Of a DNA stretch of 64,000 nucleotides, positions 9,546-19,782 are shown in pieces (within the stretch, counting starts at the first letter, position 1; each line of letters begins with the position of its first letter). Source of the DNA: an uncultured Vicinamibacteraceae bacterium (GTDB taxonomy: Bacteria > Acidobacteriota > Vicinamibacteria > Vicinamibacterales > UBA8438); the NCBI GenBank assembly GCA_964624855.1, contig CAZUZW010000007.1, positions 9,331 to 73,330 on the forward strand, in the 5' to 3' direction. A program made the translations under genes and the position numbers. Under the pieces are notes generated by a model. That model searched no databases, was not told the DNA's origin, and saw only the letters and a list, made by a program, of their open reading frames with translations.

Positions 9546-10700
9546 ATGTCGTTACTCCGCGAGATAATCGCTCGGCGGATTGGCTCAAACGGTCCGCTTA
9601 CGTTCGCGGAGTATATGGACCTTTCGCTTTATCATCAGCGGCATGGTTACTATTCCCGTCTCGACCATCGGTCTGGACAAACTGGTGACTTTTTCACGAG
9701 TGTTGATCTCGGAACGATCTTTGGCGAACTACTAGCTGAACAGTTCGCTGAGATGTCGTTCTCGATTCAGCGACTTGCGAACTCTGAATCCGATCTTTTA
9801 ATGCTGTTAGAAGCCGGTGCTGGGAATGGCGCCCTTGCCTCTGATGTCCTTGACGCAACCGCCAAAAACTACCCTGAATTGTACGAAGTAATTCAACTAA
9901 CCTTAGTGGAACACAGCACAATCGCACGAGCCAGTCACATCGCGAGTCTTGGTAGTCATACCAAAAAACTTAGTCTATCGACCGACACCCTTCCCAATAA
10001 AATTACAGGAATTATTTACGCCAACGAGCTTCTTGATGCACTACCGGTACATCGGATCGCAATGACAGAATCTGGCCTCAAAGAAGTCTATGTCGACGTC
10101 GATTCGCATAATGAGGAGCGATTCGTCGAACGTCTTGGACCTCCATCCTCAGCAGTACTAGAACATATTGACCGATTTGGCATAACACTGGAGTCGGGTT
10201 GGCGAGCCGAAATAAGCCCTGCCAGCGTCAATTGGGTAGAACAAGCCGGTCGGGCTCTCGAATTGGGGTTTCTCGTGCTAATCGACTATGGGCATGCTGC
10301 CAATCAATTGTACTCAGCAACCCACGCTTCAGGGACGCTAGCGACTTACGAACGTCACGTGATTTCACAACCCCAAGCTCACATGGACGCTACGTGGTTA
10401 CTGAATCCTGGGTCCGTTGATATCACAGCACACGTTGATTTAACTGCAGTTCAACAAGCCGCCGAAAGTGTGGGTCTCGAAACCCTCACGATGGTTGATC
10501 AGACCTATTTTCTTCTTGGTTTGAGTTCAATGGAAACACCAACTCCAGAAAACACGGTCCAAGAATTAAAACGTCGGTTAGCCCTCAAAACTCTACTTCT
10601 ACCGGGTGGCCTAGGAAGTAGTCATAAGGTCATGATCTTTGGCAAGAATGTTGGTCGGTTGCGATTACGTGCCAATGCATTTAGCACCCGTACAACCTAG
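9546..10700 (+). CDS. SAM-dependent methyltransferase, DUF185/MidA (NDUFAF7-like) family
   Basis: 384 aa. FAEYMDLSLYHQRHGYY at the N-terminus, a LLEAGAGNG SAM motif and ANELLDALPVHR are typical of the MidA family. Confidence 0.8.
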   Translation: MSLLREIIARRIGSNGPLTFAEYMDLSLYHQRHGYYSRLDHRSGQTGDFFTSVDLGTIFGELLAEQFAEMSFSIQRLANSESDLLMLLEAGAGNGALASDVLDATAKNYPELYEVIQLTLVEHSTIARASHIASLGSHTKKLSLSTDTLPNKITGIIYANELLDALPVHRIAMTESGLKEVYVDVDSHNEERFVERLGPPSSAVLEHIDRFGITLESGWRAEISPASVNWVEQAGRALELGFLVLIDYGHAANQLYSATHASGTLATYERHVISQPQAHMDATWLLNPGSVDITAHVDLTAVQQAAESVGLETLTMVDQTYFLLGLSSMETPTPENTVQELKRRLALKTLLLPGGLGSSHKVMIFGKNVGRLRLRANAFSTRTT

Positions 10701-10727
10701 GAACCCTTCTCATAAAGGAGTCAGCAG

Positions 10728-11282
10728 GTGACAAAGAACGTGGAGCGGGAAATTAAATTACGCTTTGCGTCGAAGAGCGCAGCACACGAGGCGGTTAAAA
10801 GTGTCGGTGCTACACCTCTTCGATCGAAACGCCTTCAAGAAGATGCACTATTTGACTGGCCAGATGAACGACTACGCCAAAGTCAATGCATCTTGAGAAT
10901 TCGTCGAGAAAATGAAAACTGCATTCTTACCTTTAAAGGTCCGCCTGAATCAGCCAGCATGAAAGTACGTGAAGAAATCGAATCGACCGCCGGTAACAGC
11001 TCCAATCTAGTAAAGATTCTTGAACGCCTTGGCCTTGAAATCTGGTTTCGATACGAAAAGTATCGAGAAGAATTCACTTGCAAAGAAGTCATTGTTGCGA
11101 TTGATGAAACTCCCGTTGGGATTTTCATTGAACTCGAAGGCGAGGAAAGCGAGATCCACCAAATAGCGACCAGTTTGGGATGGCGTCAAGAAGATTACAT
11201 ACTAGACTCATATCGGGATATTTTCTTGAAGGAATCTAATACTAAGGGTTCTGGCACCAGCGACATGGTTTTTGATGCCTGA
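10728..11282 (+). CDS. CYTH-domain protein (CyaB-type class IV adenylate cyclase / triphosphatase family)
   Basis: N-terminal ExExK signature (EREIKLRF), about 180 aa, with FIELEGE near the C-terminus. AAGGAG SD precedes the GTG start. Confidence 0.8.
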   Translation: MTKNVEREIKLRFASKSAAHEAVKSVGATPLRSKRLQEDALFDWPDERLRQSQCILRIRRENENCILTFKGPPESASMKVREEIESTAGNSSNLVKILERLGLEIWFRYEKYREEFTCKEVIVAIDETPVGIFIELEGEESEIHQIATSLGWRQEDYILDSYRDIFLKESNTKGSGTSDMVFDA

Positions 11283-12204
11283 AGATCCACTCCCTCCAGC
11301 TCTGATTTTAACGGCAGGCTTAGGTACTCGTCTCGCACCTCTCACACATGCACGAGCTAAGCCAGCAGTGCCAGTGGTGGGCGTCCCGATCATCCTGCGA
11401 GTGCTTCGATGGTTGGCAGAACAAGAAATTCACTCAGTAGTGCTAAACCTGCACCATCTACCTCACACGATAACCGAAGTCGTCGGACACGGTAATGACC
11501 TTGACCTTCGCGTCCGGTATTCGTGGGAGTCAACTATTCTTGGCAGTGCAGGAGGAATACGGCTAGCTTTATCAATACTGGGGAAGCGTTTTTTTGTGAT
11601 TAACGGCGACACACTTGTTAACGTGAATCTACGAGATCTTCAACAAACTCACGAGCGTACTGCCGCAGATGTCACTCTAGCCATCACCGACCACCCACTG
11701 AATTCCCGTTATGGTGGAGTAGCCATAAATGAAACTGGTTTCGTGCGAAAATTTTGTACTCCTGGCGTACCCTCCCAACATTTCGTTGGCGTCCAGCTAA
11801 CAGAAGCATCGGTCTTTGAGCGACTCCCAGTTGGCATACCAGCTTCCACGGTAGGAGGACTGTATGACAATCTGTTATTAGATGGGTCCGGACAAATTGC
11901 TACTCACTACTTCAAAGGACACTTTTACGAAGTCGGAACCCCCGCGGACTACCTGCAGACATCACTTGAAGTCGCTCAAAATGAAGGGCACATGAATCTT
12001 CCGATCGGAAAACGAAACCACATTCATCCAACAGCCAACATCACTCGAACGATCTTATGGGATGATGTCGCAATTGGAAAACATACTCGCCTTACTGACT
12101 GCATCGTGACAGACGGAGTGTGCCTGCCAGATCACACCGTGTGTGCTCAAGAAATTCTCATTAAGAAACCGCACGGCTTCTTATCGCTACCCTTGAACCG
12201 ATAG
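11275..12204 (+). CDS. sugar-1-phosphate nucleotidyltransferase (MurU/COG1208-like) with C-terminal hexapeptide-repeat region
   Basis: ILTAGLGTRLAPLTHARAKPAVPV matches the GxGTRxxPxT nucleotidyltransferase signature. The C-terminal segment is LbH-like (ILWDDVAIGKHTRLTDCIVTDGVCL). The start overlaps the stop of the CYTH gene. Confidence 0.78.
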   Translation: MPEDPLPPALILTAGLGTRLAPLTHARAKPAVPVVGVPIILRVLRWLAEQEIHSVVLNLHHLPHTITEVVGHGNDLDLRVRYSWESTILGSAGGIRLALSILGKRFFVINGDTLVNVNLRDLQQTHERTAADVTLAITDHPLNSRYGGVAINETGFVRKFCTPGVPSQHFVGVQLTEASVFERLPVGIPASTVGGLYDNLLLDGSGQIATHYFKGHFYEVGTPADYLQTSLEVAQNEGHMNLPIGKRNHIHPTANITRTILWDDVAIGKHTRLTDCIVTDGVCLPDHTVCAQEILIKKPHGFLSLPLNR

Positions 12205-12220
12205 TGATACAAAGTCAATC

Positions 12221-13228
12221 ATGGCAGGACTAACTTCATCAAGTGCACAGAGAGTAAACAAATATCTTGAGCGAACCGGCCTTAAGTCAGTCGCAACGTT
12301 GGAAGTATTACCAGGTGATGCCTCAATGCGCCGCTATATTCGAGTCACCATCCCATCAAAAAAATCCCGGCTGCTGGTAGTTTATCCAAGTTCGACCGAC
12401 ACGCAGGCACTGTCGTTTCTCAACGTTTCTCAACTACTCGACAAGATGTCAATTCCCGTGCCGGCCATTATTAACACTGAAGCCGACCTTGGTATTGTCG
12501 AACTAGAGGATCTCGGAAATCTAACCCTGCAAGACGCGCTATCCTCTGCTTCACTAGATTACAAAAAGACGCTTTATCTAGAAGCTGTCACTATAATCGC
12601 AAACCTGCAACACAAAGCTCGACCATTTGAGGCAAGTGATTACGTTCCCTTCAAATCTTTTTTCGACACCGAGAAATTGATGTGGGAGTTCGATTTTTTT
12701 CTAGAGCACTTTCTCATTTGCGCTCGCGGCACTAACCTTTCGCCCGAGCAACGGTCAGCGCTTCGCGATGAATTCGTTCCTCTCGCCTCTGAACTGGCTG
12801 CAGAACCCCGTGTGCTATGCCATCGGGATTATCACAGTCGAAACTTAATGCTGCATAACAAACGACTCTATGTCATAGACTTTCAGGATGCGCGAATGGG
12901 GCCTGATACTTACGATCTGGTATCGCTGCTCAGAGATTCCTATGTAGAGAACCCTGTAGACCTAATCGAAACAATGATCGAAAAATACCTAGAACTGGCG
13001 AAGACGACTGACGTCGCATTATTTCGCCAACGTTTCGATTGTATGTCTGTCCAGAGACACTTGAAGGCTCTCGGTACATTTGGATATCAATCAGCTATCG
13101 GCGGTTCGTCACGGTACGATGACGACATACCTCGAACACTACTGTACCTAGTAGAGGTGTTTAACCGCCGTGAAAGATTCAGTCGTCTCAGAAAACTCCT
13201 ATCGCCCCATTTAAGAGAACTCGAGTAA
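12221..13228 (+). CDS. aminoglycoside-phosphotransferase-fold kinase (AmgK-like anomeric sugar kinase candidate)
   Basis: Catalytic loop CHRDYHSRNLM (HxDxxxxN) and metal-binding VIDFQDAR. Lies adjacent to the nucleotidyltransferase. Confidence 0.75.
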   Translation: MAGLTSSSAQRVNKYLERTGLKSVATLEVLPGDASMRRYIRVTIPSKKSRLLVVYPSSTDTQALSFLNVSQLLDKMSIPVPAIINTEADLGIVELEDLGNLTLQDALSSASLDYKKTLYLEAVTIIANLQHKARPFEASDYVPFKSFFDTEKLMWEFDFFLEHFLICARGTNLSPEQRSALRDEFVPLASELAAEPRVLCHRDYHSRNLMLHNKRLYVIDFQDARMGPDTYDLVSLLRDSYVENPVDLIETMIEKYLELAKTTDVALFRQRFDCMSVQRHLKALGTFGYQSAIGGSSRYDDDIPRTLLYLVEVFNRRERFSRLRKLLSPHLRELE

Positions 13229-13246
13229 ATTTGACGGCTGGCTTAT

Positions 13247-14539
13247 ATGACGACCTACATCGAACATATCGCTTCACACGAAGGCCAAGAGGTCACCCTG
13301 CAAGGCTGGCTCCATAAACGACGGTCCAGCGGAAAAATTCATTTTCTGACCATTCGCGACGGCACTGGGCTGCTTCAAGCAGTGATATCAAAATCAGCCG
13401 TGGGAGAAGACGCCTTCATTCTAGCGGACCACCTCGGCCAAGAAACAGCACTCATACTTCGTGGCGTAGTGCGGGCGGATGATCGAGCACCGGGTGGATT
13501 TGAAATGGACGTCGCTGACTTCACAGTCGTAGGTAAATCACAAGACTACCCCGTTACGCCGAAGGAGCACGGAATTGATTTTCTTCTCGACCGTCGTCAT
13601 CTATGGATACGCAGTTTAAGACAACAAGCCATCTTACGAATACGACACGAGATAATTAATGCGATTCGCACCTTTTTTAACGATAAAGGTTTTGTACTCG
13701 TTGATACGCCCATTCTCACACCAGCCGCCTGCGAAGGAACAACTACATTGTTCCCAGTTTCATATTTTGATGATACGACCGCATATTTAACACAGAGCGG
13801 CCAGCTCTATAACGAAGCCAACGCCCTCGCGCTTGGACGAGTATATGCATTCGGCCCAACCTTTCGTGCCGAGAAATCTAAGACTAGACGTCACCTCACT
13901 GAGTTTTGGATGGTCGAACCAGAAGTTGCCTATGCCACACTAGACGACGTCATTGATTTAGCTGAGGCACTAGTAGTTTGTGTAGTCAAGCGCGTACTTG
14001 AAACCAAGCAACGCGAGCTAGCCACTCTTGAACGGGACACCAAAACACTAGAAAACATCCAGAGTCCGTTTCCCCGTGTGTCATATGACGAAGCCGTCGA
14101 GTTATTAAAGAAAGATGGGCTTTCCTTTAAATGGGGTGATGACTTCGGTGGTCCGGACGAAACTGCTTTAGCAAAACGCTTCGACCGCCCTGTCATTGTT
14201 CACCGATACCCTGCCGCTATCAAGGCTTTCTACATGCAACCTGATCCAGATCGAACCGAAGTTTCGCTTTCAGTAGATTTGCTAGCCCCTGAAGGTTATG
14301 GCGAAATCATAGGTGGCGGCCAGCGACTGGACGATTTTGACCTGTTGTCAGCTCGGATTGACGAGCACGATCTTCCCAGGGAAGCCTTTGAATGGTACTT
14401 AGACCTTCGCCGCTACGGATCAGTCCCGCATGGTGGATTCGGAATGGGTCTTGAGCGGGTTGTAGCTTGGATATGTGGCCTCGACCACGTCAGGGAAGCC
14501 ATTCCTTACCCTCGAACACTCTATCGATTGACACCATGA
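13247..14539 (+). CDS. asnS: asparagine--tRNA ligase
   Basis: 430 aa class IIb synthetase. [21 protein letters not shown] and [10 protein letters not shown] are AsnRS-type; the protein is too short for AspRS. Confidence 0.92.
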   Translation: MTTYIEHIASHEGQEVTLQGWLHKRRSSGKIHFLTIRDGTGLLQAVISKSAVGEDAFILADHLGQETALILRGVVRADDRAPGGFEMDVADFTVVGKSQDYPVTPKEHGIDFLLDRRHLWIRSLRQQAILRIRHEIINAIRTFFNDKGFVLVDTPILTPAACEGTTTLFPVSYFDDTTAYLTQSGQLYNEANALALGRVYAFGPTFRAEKSKTRRHLTEFWMVEPEVAYATLDDVIDLAEALVVCVVKRVLETKQRELATLERDTKTLENIQSPFPRVSYDEAVELLKKDGLSFKWGDDFGGPDETALAKRFDRPVIVHRYPAAIKAFYMQPDPDRTEVSLSVDLLAPEGYGEIIGGGQRLDDFDLLSARIDEHDLPREAFEWYLDLRRYGSVPHGGFGMGLERVVAWICGLDHVREAIPYPRTLYRLTP

Positions 14540-14624
14540 TCAACTAAAACAAGGGGTTTAGCGAGAACTGCTCCCGTTGCCGGTCTTGTTTCCAACGTGA
14601 TATATTTTTCCTACGTCGATCCTG

Positions 14625-14656
14625 AAAAAGTGGGCGTTTGCCCACTTTTTGTTTTT
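14625..14656 (+). terminator. rho-independent terminator downstream of asnS
   Basis: AAAAAGTGGGC-GTTT-GCCCACTTTTT hairpin followed by GTTTTT. The A-tract on the 5' side makes it potentially bidirectional. Confidence 0.75.
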
Positions 14657-14681
14657 GGAGTGCCGCAGGACGCTCCTTTGG

Positions 14682-15185
14682 GTGAAGGTGGGCCACAAAG
14701 ATCTCGTATTTGAGGTCCGGGCGATTTCGGAGCGGGTAGCGGGCAGTTTCGGGCTTCAGATTTTTGACGTGATACTCCGTCGAGAATCGACAGGATGGGT
14801 ATTGCGTGTTTTTCTCGACAGGCCAGGAACTGATTCTGACAGCAGTAACAACCCGACTCAGGAGTCGATCACGCTCGGCGATTGTCAGCGTGTCAGTCGG
14901 GACCTGAGTGCGGTCCTCGACACCGACTTCACATTTGATTACGCGTATACGCTTGAAGTGTCGTCTCCTGGACTGGACCGACCTTTAAGGCACTTGGATG
15001 ACTGTCGTCGCTTTAAAGGGCGGCTAGCAAAGATTGTCGTAGATGAAGCCGTCGATGGTCTAAATCACATCGCCGGCCGGATTGATAATGTAGAGGAAGA
15101 AAACGTGCTTATCGATACGGGACGTAACGTGCATCGAATCCCGTGGACAGCGATTACACGAGCTCGACTTGAGGTCGAGTTCTAA
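14682..15185 (+). CDS. rimP: ribosome maturation factor RimP
   Basis: VSSPGLDRPL motif and position upstream of nusA. The longest ORF (TTG 14649) starts inside the asnS terminator hairpin, so I prefer GTG 14682 (or 14688). Confidence 0.85.
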   Translation: MKVGHKDLVFEVRAISERVAGSFGLQIFDVILRRESTGWVLRVFLDRPGTDSDSSNNPTQESITLGDCQRVSRDLSAVLDTDFTFDYAYTLEVSSPGLDRPLRHLDDCRRFKGRLAKIVVDEAVDGLNHIAGRIDNVEEENVLIDTGRNVHRIPWTAITRARLEVEF

Positions 15186-15194
15186 AGATAACTA

Positions 15195-16607
15195 ATGGCA
15201 ATTAACAATCCATTGCAGCAAACGATCGAGGCGGTTGCCAAAGAAAAAGGAATCGAGCCTGACGTCATAATCACGGCCATCGAAGATGCCGTGCTGACGG
15301 CATCGCGCAAGTACTACAAGTCTGACGAGAACCTTCGGACCAAGTTCAACCAAGAAACCGGTCAAATAGACTTGTTTGCCGTTCGTCACATTGTCGAAAC
15401 AGTGACAGATCCCGTTACTGAGATCGCGTTGGCTGAAGCCCAAGAATTGTATGGAGACGAAGCTGAAGTCGACATGGAAATCGAGTTTCCTAAACCGACT
15501 GACGTGCTGGGCCGGATCGCTGCACAAACCGCCAAACAAGTCATTTTTCAAAAGGTTCGGGAAGCAGAGCGTGAGAACGTACACGAGGAGTACAAAGATC
15601 GAGTCGGCGAGGTTATGTCCGGTACAGTCAAACACTTCGAGAATGGGGATATCGTCGTTGAATCCGCCAGAATCGAGGCGTTATTGCCAAGGCGTGAACA
15701 GTCACGTGCCGAAAATTACACGACGGGGGACCGTATCCGAGCGGTAATCCAAGAGGTCAACAAGAGTACAAAGGGACCACAGTTAATTCTGTCTCGCACC
15801 GACCCAATTCTGCTCATTAAGCTCTTTGAACAAGAGGTTCCTGAGATTTATGACTCAACAGTCATAGTCAAAGGAGCAGTTCGTGAAGCCGGGGACCGAG
15901 CAAAGGTTGCGGTTTACTCGCGTGAGCGCGATATCGATCCCGTCGGTGCTTGCGTCGGAATGAAAGGCACTCGCGTACAAGCTATCATTCGAGAACTTCG
16001 CGGCGAAAAGATCGACATCGTTGAGTGGTCAGAAGACCCAATCACTTTTGTAACCAACGCCATTAGTCCAGCACGCGTCCAACGAGTAACTATTCTGGAC
16101 GATGCACAGAAGGTAATTGAGGTTGTAGTCGAGGACGCGCAACTATCACTTGCCATCGGCAAGAAGGGACAGAATGTTCGTCTGGCCGCAAAACTTGTCG
16201 GGTGGAGAATCGATATAAAGAGTGAAGAAGAGAAACGTGCGGAAGTTGAGGCGCAGTTCGCGGGATTAGAATCTGGCGATGACTCCGCTACGCTGAAACT
16301 TAACGTCGACGACGAACAGGTGCAAAAACTAAGCGATGCTGGTCTTGACACAGCAGACCTTCTTCTAGAAGCCACAGCAACTCAGATAGCCGAAGTGATA
16401 GGAAGCGACGAAGTCGCTGCCAAAGAGATCCAAACAGCGGTCCGAGAGCAAGTTGAAGCGGCAGCGCGTGCTGCCGCCGAAGCGGAAGCGCGGGAAACAA
16501 GTGATGAAAGTGGAGTATCTGAAACAGGCATTTCAGACGTTGAACCCCCTTCTAAAACGTCACCAAAAACGACTTCAAGTGACGAAGAATCGAAGGATTC
16601 GAACTAG
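15195..16607 (+). CDS. nusA: transcription termination/antitermination factor NusA
   Basis: S1 and KH domains (SRTDPILLIKLFEQEVPEI, GACVGMKGTRVQAI, AIGKKGQNVRLA) with an acidic C-terminal tail. rimP-nusA-infB synteny. Confidence 0.95.
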   Translation: MAINNPLQQTIEAVAKEKGIEPDVIITAIEDAVLTASRKYYKSDENLRTKFNQETGQIDLFAVRHIVETVTDPVTEIALAEAQELYGDEAEVDMEIEFPKPTDVLGRIAAQTAKQVIFQKVREAERENVHEEYKDRVGEVMSGTVKHFENGDIVVESARIEALLPRREQSRAENYTTGDRIRAVIQEVNKSTKGPQLILSRTDPILLIKLFEQEVPEIYDSTVIVKGAVREAGDRAKVAVYSRERDIDPVGACVGMKGTRVQAIIRELRGEKIDIVEWSEDPITFVTNAISPARVQRVTILDDAQKVIEVVVEDAQLSLAIGKKGQNVRLAAKLVGWRIDIKSEEEKRAEVEAQFAGLESGDDSATLKLNVDDEQVQKLSDAGLDTADLLLEATATQIAEVIGSDEVAAKEIQTAVREQVEAAARAAAEAEARETSDESGVSETGISDVEPPSKTSPKTTSSDEESKDSN

Positions 16608-16640
16608 TAAATTAAAGGGACTTTAAACCGAGAACTAACG

Positions 16641-19424
16641 TTGTCGACTATACGAATCTATAAAGTTGCAGAGGTACTTGGCCTTCCGAGTCAGGAAGTC
16701 ATAGATCTACTCAAACGTGACCACGGGATTGAAGTAAAAAGTGCATCAAGCACCATTGAAGAAATCGTTGCCAAACAATTTGCGGAACGTCTCAGCCGGG
16801 AGCGACAGATCGACCTCCCCCGCGGAAACATTTTTGGTGGAACTTCCTCGGCGCGGATTGCGCCCAAGAAAGGACGAACCACAAAGAAGACAAAATCAGA
16901 CCCGCCAAAACTTGTCAAACCATCACTCGGCCCACCTCGACTCATCAAGTCAGCTAAAGCCGAACGACAAGCCGCCGTCAGCGCCGAAAATGAGTTGGAA
17001 CCCGCGACCATCACCGACGAAACAGCCACGATATCTGAAATAAAGCCACCAGATAAGGTGAGTGAACCACCAATTACTGAACCGCCAAAAGCAACAGAAG
17101 AAGTTGCTTCAACTGCGCCATCCACGGCGCCTGAAGAAGAGACAGCCGCGAAAGAGAAACTTGAAAAGCAGCCGCCTCTATCTGAAGTTAAAGTATCACC
17201 CGACCATAAAGTTACAGCCGAGCCTGTCACGCCACCAGCAGCGACTATCAAACCCGTAGCAGCGCAAAAGACAATACCTGCTGCCGAAGATTCTGAGTTG
17301 GACGACGCGGCAAAAACGAGCAAGAAACGAACCGGGCGTTTTGTACCCCCAACTCTGCGGCTTCGAGTTGAAGACAGCAAGACGCGACAGCCGGCTGGCA
17401 AACAGGACAGTACCAACCGCCAATCTCCTGCAGCCGTACGTTCAACACCTTCACAGGGACCGGCGGCAAGCCAGCCTCCCCTCGGTGGACCAAGGCCGCT
17501 ACCCTCGCAACCAGTTCGACCAACGTCAGCACGACCACTTCCGGCGCGCCCGGCTGTGGGCTACCGTCCACCTCCACGAACTTACCGGTCGCCTGGACGA
17601 CGAGCCGTCCGTCGACCAAAGCCAGTGGTCCCAGTTGCACCGAAGGTTCTGCCACCTATCACCAGAACAATCACAATTGCTGAAGGGATGGCTGTCAAAG
17701 ATCTAGCTGACCGACTTGAGGTTCGAGCTAAAGACGTGTTGAAAAAGCTAATTGAAAAACGTCTGATGATGACGATCAACACAACTCTCGATCCAGACAC
17801 TGCAACCATGATTGCGCGCGAATTCGGCGCTGACGTAAAACTTCAAACGTTTGAAGAAGAAATGGTCCAACAGGAAGCTGAAGAGACCAAGGCTGAGGAT
17901 CTTATGCCTCGCGCGCCCGTGGTAACAGTCATGGGACACGTCGATCATGGAAAAACGACGTTGCTAGACGCCATTAGAAGTACACGAGTTGCTGAAGGCG
18001 AAGCCGGTGGAATAACACAACACATCGGAGCCTACGCGGTCGAGGTAAAGAACCGAAGAATAGTTTTTCTTGACACTCCAGGTCACGAGGCATTCACGAT
18101 GATGCGCTCACGTGGCGCAAGTGTGACCGACGTAATTATCTTGGTAGTTGCCGCCGACGACGGCGTCATGCCACAAACACAGGAAGCCATCGACCATGCT
18201 CGTGCCGCAGATGTTCCGATCCTTGTGGCGATAAACAAGATCGACAAGGCAGATGCCAACCCTGATCGCGTCAAGCAGGAACTCGCAGAACGCGACTTAG
18301 CTCCTGAAGACTGGGGTGGACAGACTGTAATGGTTCCGGTATCCGCTAAAAACGAAGAGAACTTAGAATCTCTACTTGAAATGATCTTGTTGATCACGGA
18401 GATGGGCGAGCATAAGGCCAACCCGAAACGTATTGCCACTGGAACTGTGCTTGAAGCGAAGGTCGACCGAGGGCGTGGTCCAGTAGCGACTATCCTTGTT
18501 CAGGACGGAACACTCAAGGTTGGTGATAACTTCATAGCAGGTACAATCGTGGGTCGGGTTCGAGCACTAATTGACGACCGCGGGAACCAATTAAAGGATG
18601 TTGGCCCATCGAGCCCAGTGGAGGTGCTTGGACTAACGGGTGTGCCCAAGCCAGGAGACGCCTTCCAAGGTGTTGACGACGCAGCAAAATCTAGGCAAAT
18701 AGCTCTCTTACGCCAGAATCAAGCAAAAGAAAAAGCCCTTGGCGACCGTGGGTCGCGTCTAACGCTGGAATCCCTACAAGAACAACTTTCAGAAGGTGGC
18801 GCTAAGGAACTTCCAATTATCATTAAAGCTGATGTACAAGGTTCGTCCGAGGTCTTAGCTCAATCACTAGAAAAATTAGGGGACGAGCGAGTTAAAATAA
18901 GAATCATCCACAGCGGTGTCGGTGCAGTTAACGAATCTGACGTACTACTAGCGTCAACTTCCAACGCAATCATCATAGCTTTCAACGTGAGGCCTGATCG
19001 TAACGCCAACGTCGTCGCTGAAAGCGAGGGAGTGGATATTCGTAAGCACTCAGTTATCTACCATGTAACTGATGAAATTAAACAAGCAATGGCGGGTCTT
19101 CTTGAGCCAACCTTCAAAGAGAAACAACTGGGTCTGGCTGACATACGAGAGGTGTTTAAGGTTCCCAAGTTCGGTTCGGCAGCCGGTTGTATCGTGACAG
19201 AAGGTCGGATTACAAGAAGTGGCGAAGCTAAGGCCAGGTTAGTTCGAGACAGCGTGGTTATTCATGAGGGCAAGATTGGGTCTTTACGCCGATTTAAGGA
19301 TGATGTCACTGAAGTAAAATCAGGAGTTGAATGCGGAATTGCGTTCGAACGTTACTCTGACATCAAAGTCGGTGATGTGATCGAATCTTTTACAGTTGAA
19401 ACAATCGTGGCCACCGTCCAGTAG
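16641..19424 (+). CDS. infB: translation initiation factor IF-2
   Basis: 927 aa. Pro/Ala-rich N-terminal region followed by the GTPase domain (VMGHVDHGKTTLLD, DTPGH, NKID). TTG start. Confidence 0.95.
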   Translation: MSTIRIYKVAEVLGLPSQEVIDLLKRDHGIEVKSASSTIEEIVAKQFAERLSRERQIDLPRGNIFGGTSSARIAPKKGRTTKKTKSDPPKLVKPSLGPPRLIKSAKAERQAAVSAENELEPATITDETATISEIKPPDKVSEPPITEPPKATEEVASTAPSTAPEEETAAKEKLEKQPPLSEVKVSPDHKVTAEPVTPPAATIKPVAAQKTIPAAEDSELDDAAKTSKKRTGRFVPPTLRLRVEDSKTRQPAGKQDSTNRQSPAAVRSTPSQGPAASQPPLGGPRPLPSQPVRPTSARPLPARPAVGYRPPPRTYRSPGRRAVRRPKPVVPVAPKVLPPITRTITIAEGMAVKDLADRLEVRAKDVLKKLIEKRLMMTINTTLDPDTATMIAREFGADVKLQTFEEEMVQQEAEETKAEDLMPRAPVVTVMGHVDHGKTTLLDAIRSTRVAEGEAGGITQHIGAYAVEVKNRRIVFLDTPGHEAFTMMRSRGASVTDVIILVVAADDGVMPQTQEAIDHARAADVPILVAINKIDKADANPDRVKQELAERDLAPEDWGGQTVMVPVSAKNEENLESLLEMILLITEMGEHKANPKRIATGTVLEAKVDRGRGPVATILVQDGTLKVGDNFIAGTIVGRVRALIDDRGNQLKDVGPSSPVEVLGLTGVPKPGDAFQGVDDAAKSRQIALLRQNQAKEKALGDRGSRLTLESLQEQLSEGGAKELPIIIKADVQGSSEVLAQSLEKLGDERVKIRIIHSGVGAVNESDVLLASTSNAIIIAFNVRPDRNANVVAESEGVDIRKHSVIYHVTDEIKQAMAGLLEPTFKEKQLGLADIREVFKVPKFGSAAGCIVTEGRITRSGEAKARLVRDSVVIHEGKIGSLRRFKDDVTEVKSGVECGIAFERYSDIKVGDVIESFTVETIVATVQ

Positions 19425-19461
19425 TTAATAGACCATACGTTAGATTGGATTTCCTAGACGA

Positions 19462-19746
19462 ATGCCTATCGTTGGGCTGCTGTCACTTGAGCTCCACATA
19501 CCACATTCCAGGTCCCTTAAAGAGAAGCGAGTAGTAGTCCGAAGTATCAAAGACCGCCTAAGTAAACTCAGTGTCGGCTTCGCAGAAGTTAACTACCAAG
19601 ATCTATTGCAACGCACGGCTCTTGCTGTAGTTGCTGTTGGCGCTGAACAACAGCTCGTCGAAAAATCTCTGGATAATGTCGTCAAAGAAATAGAGAGAAA
19701 AGGAGGCAGCGTGATCGTTAGATCCGAGATCGAATGGCTAGCATAA
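19462..19746 (+). CDS. DUF503 (YlxP-like) protein
   Basis: 94 aa with LELHIPHSRSLKEKR near the N-terminus. Conserved position between infB and rbfA. Confidence 0.85.
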   Translation: MPIVGLLSLELHIPHSRSLKEKRVVVRSIKDRLSKLSVGFAEVNYQDLLQRTALAVVAVGAEQQLVEKSLDNVVKEIERKGGSVIVRSEIEWLA

Positions 19747-19782
19747 GACTGTCCTTCATCAAGGGAAGTGAGGAGGAGGAGG

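Noticed and set aside
16691-17416. 241-aa antisense ORF inside the 5' part of infB, plus several shorter ORFs in the same region on both strands
   Set aside because: It lies opposite the Pro/Ala/Lys-rich low-complexity N-terminal region of IF-2, where biased composition suppresses stop codons in other frames. It has no start context and no recognisable motif. The infB frame is continuous into the conserved GTPase domain.
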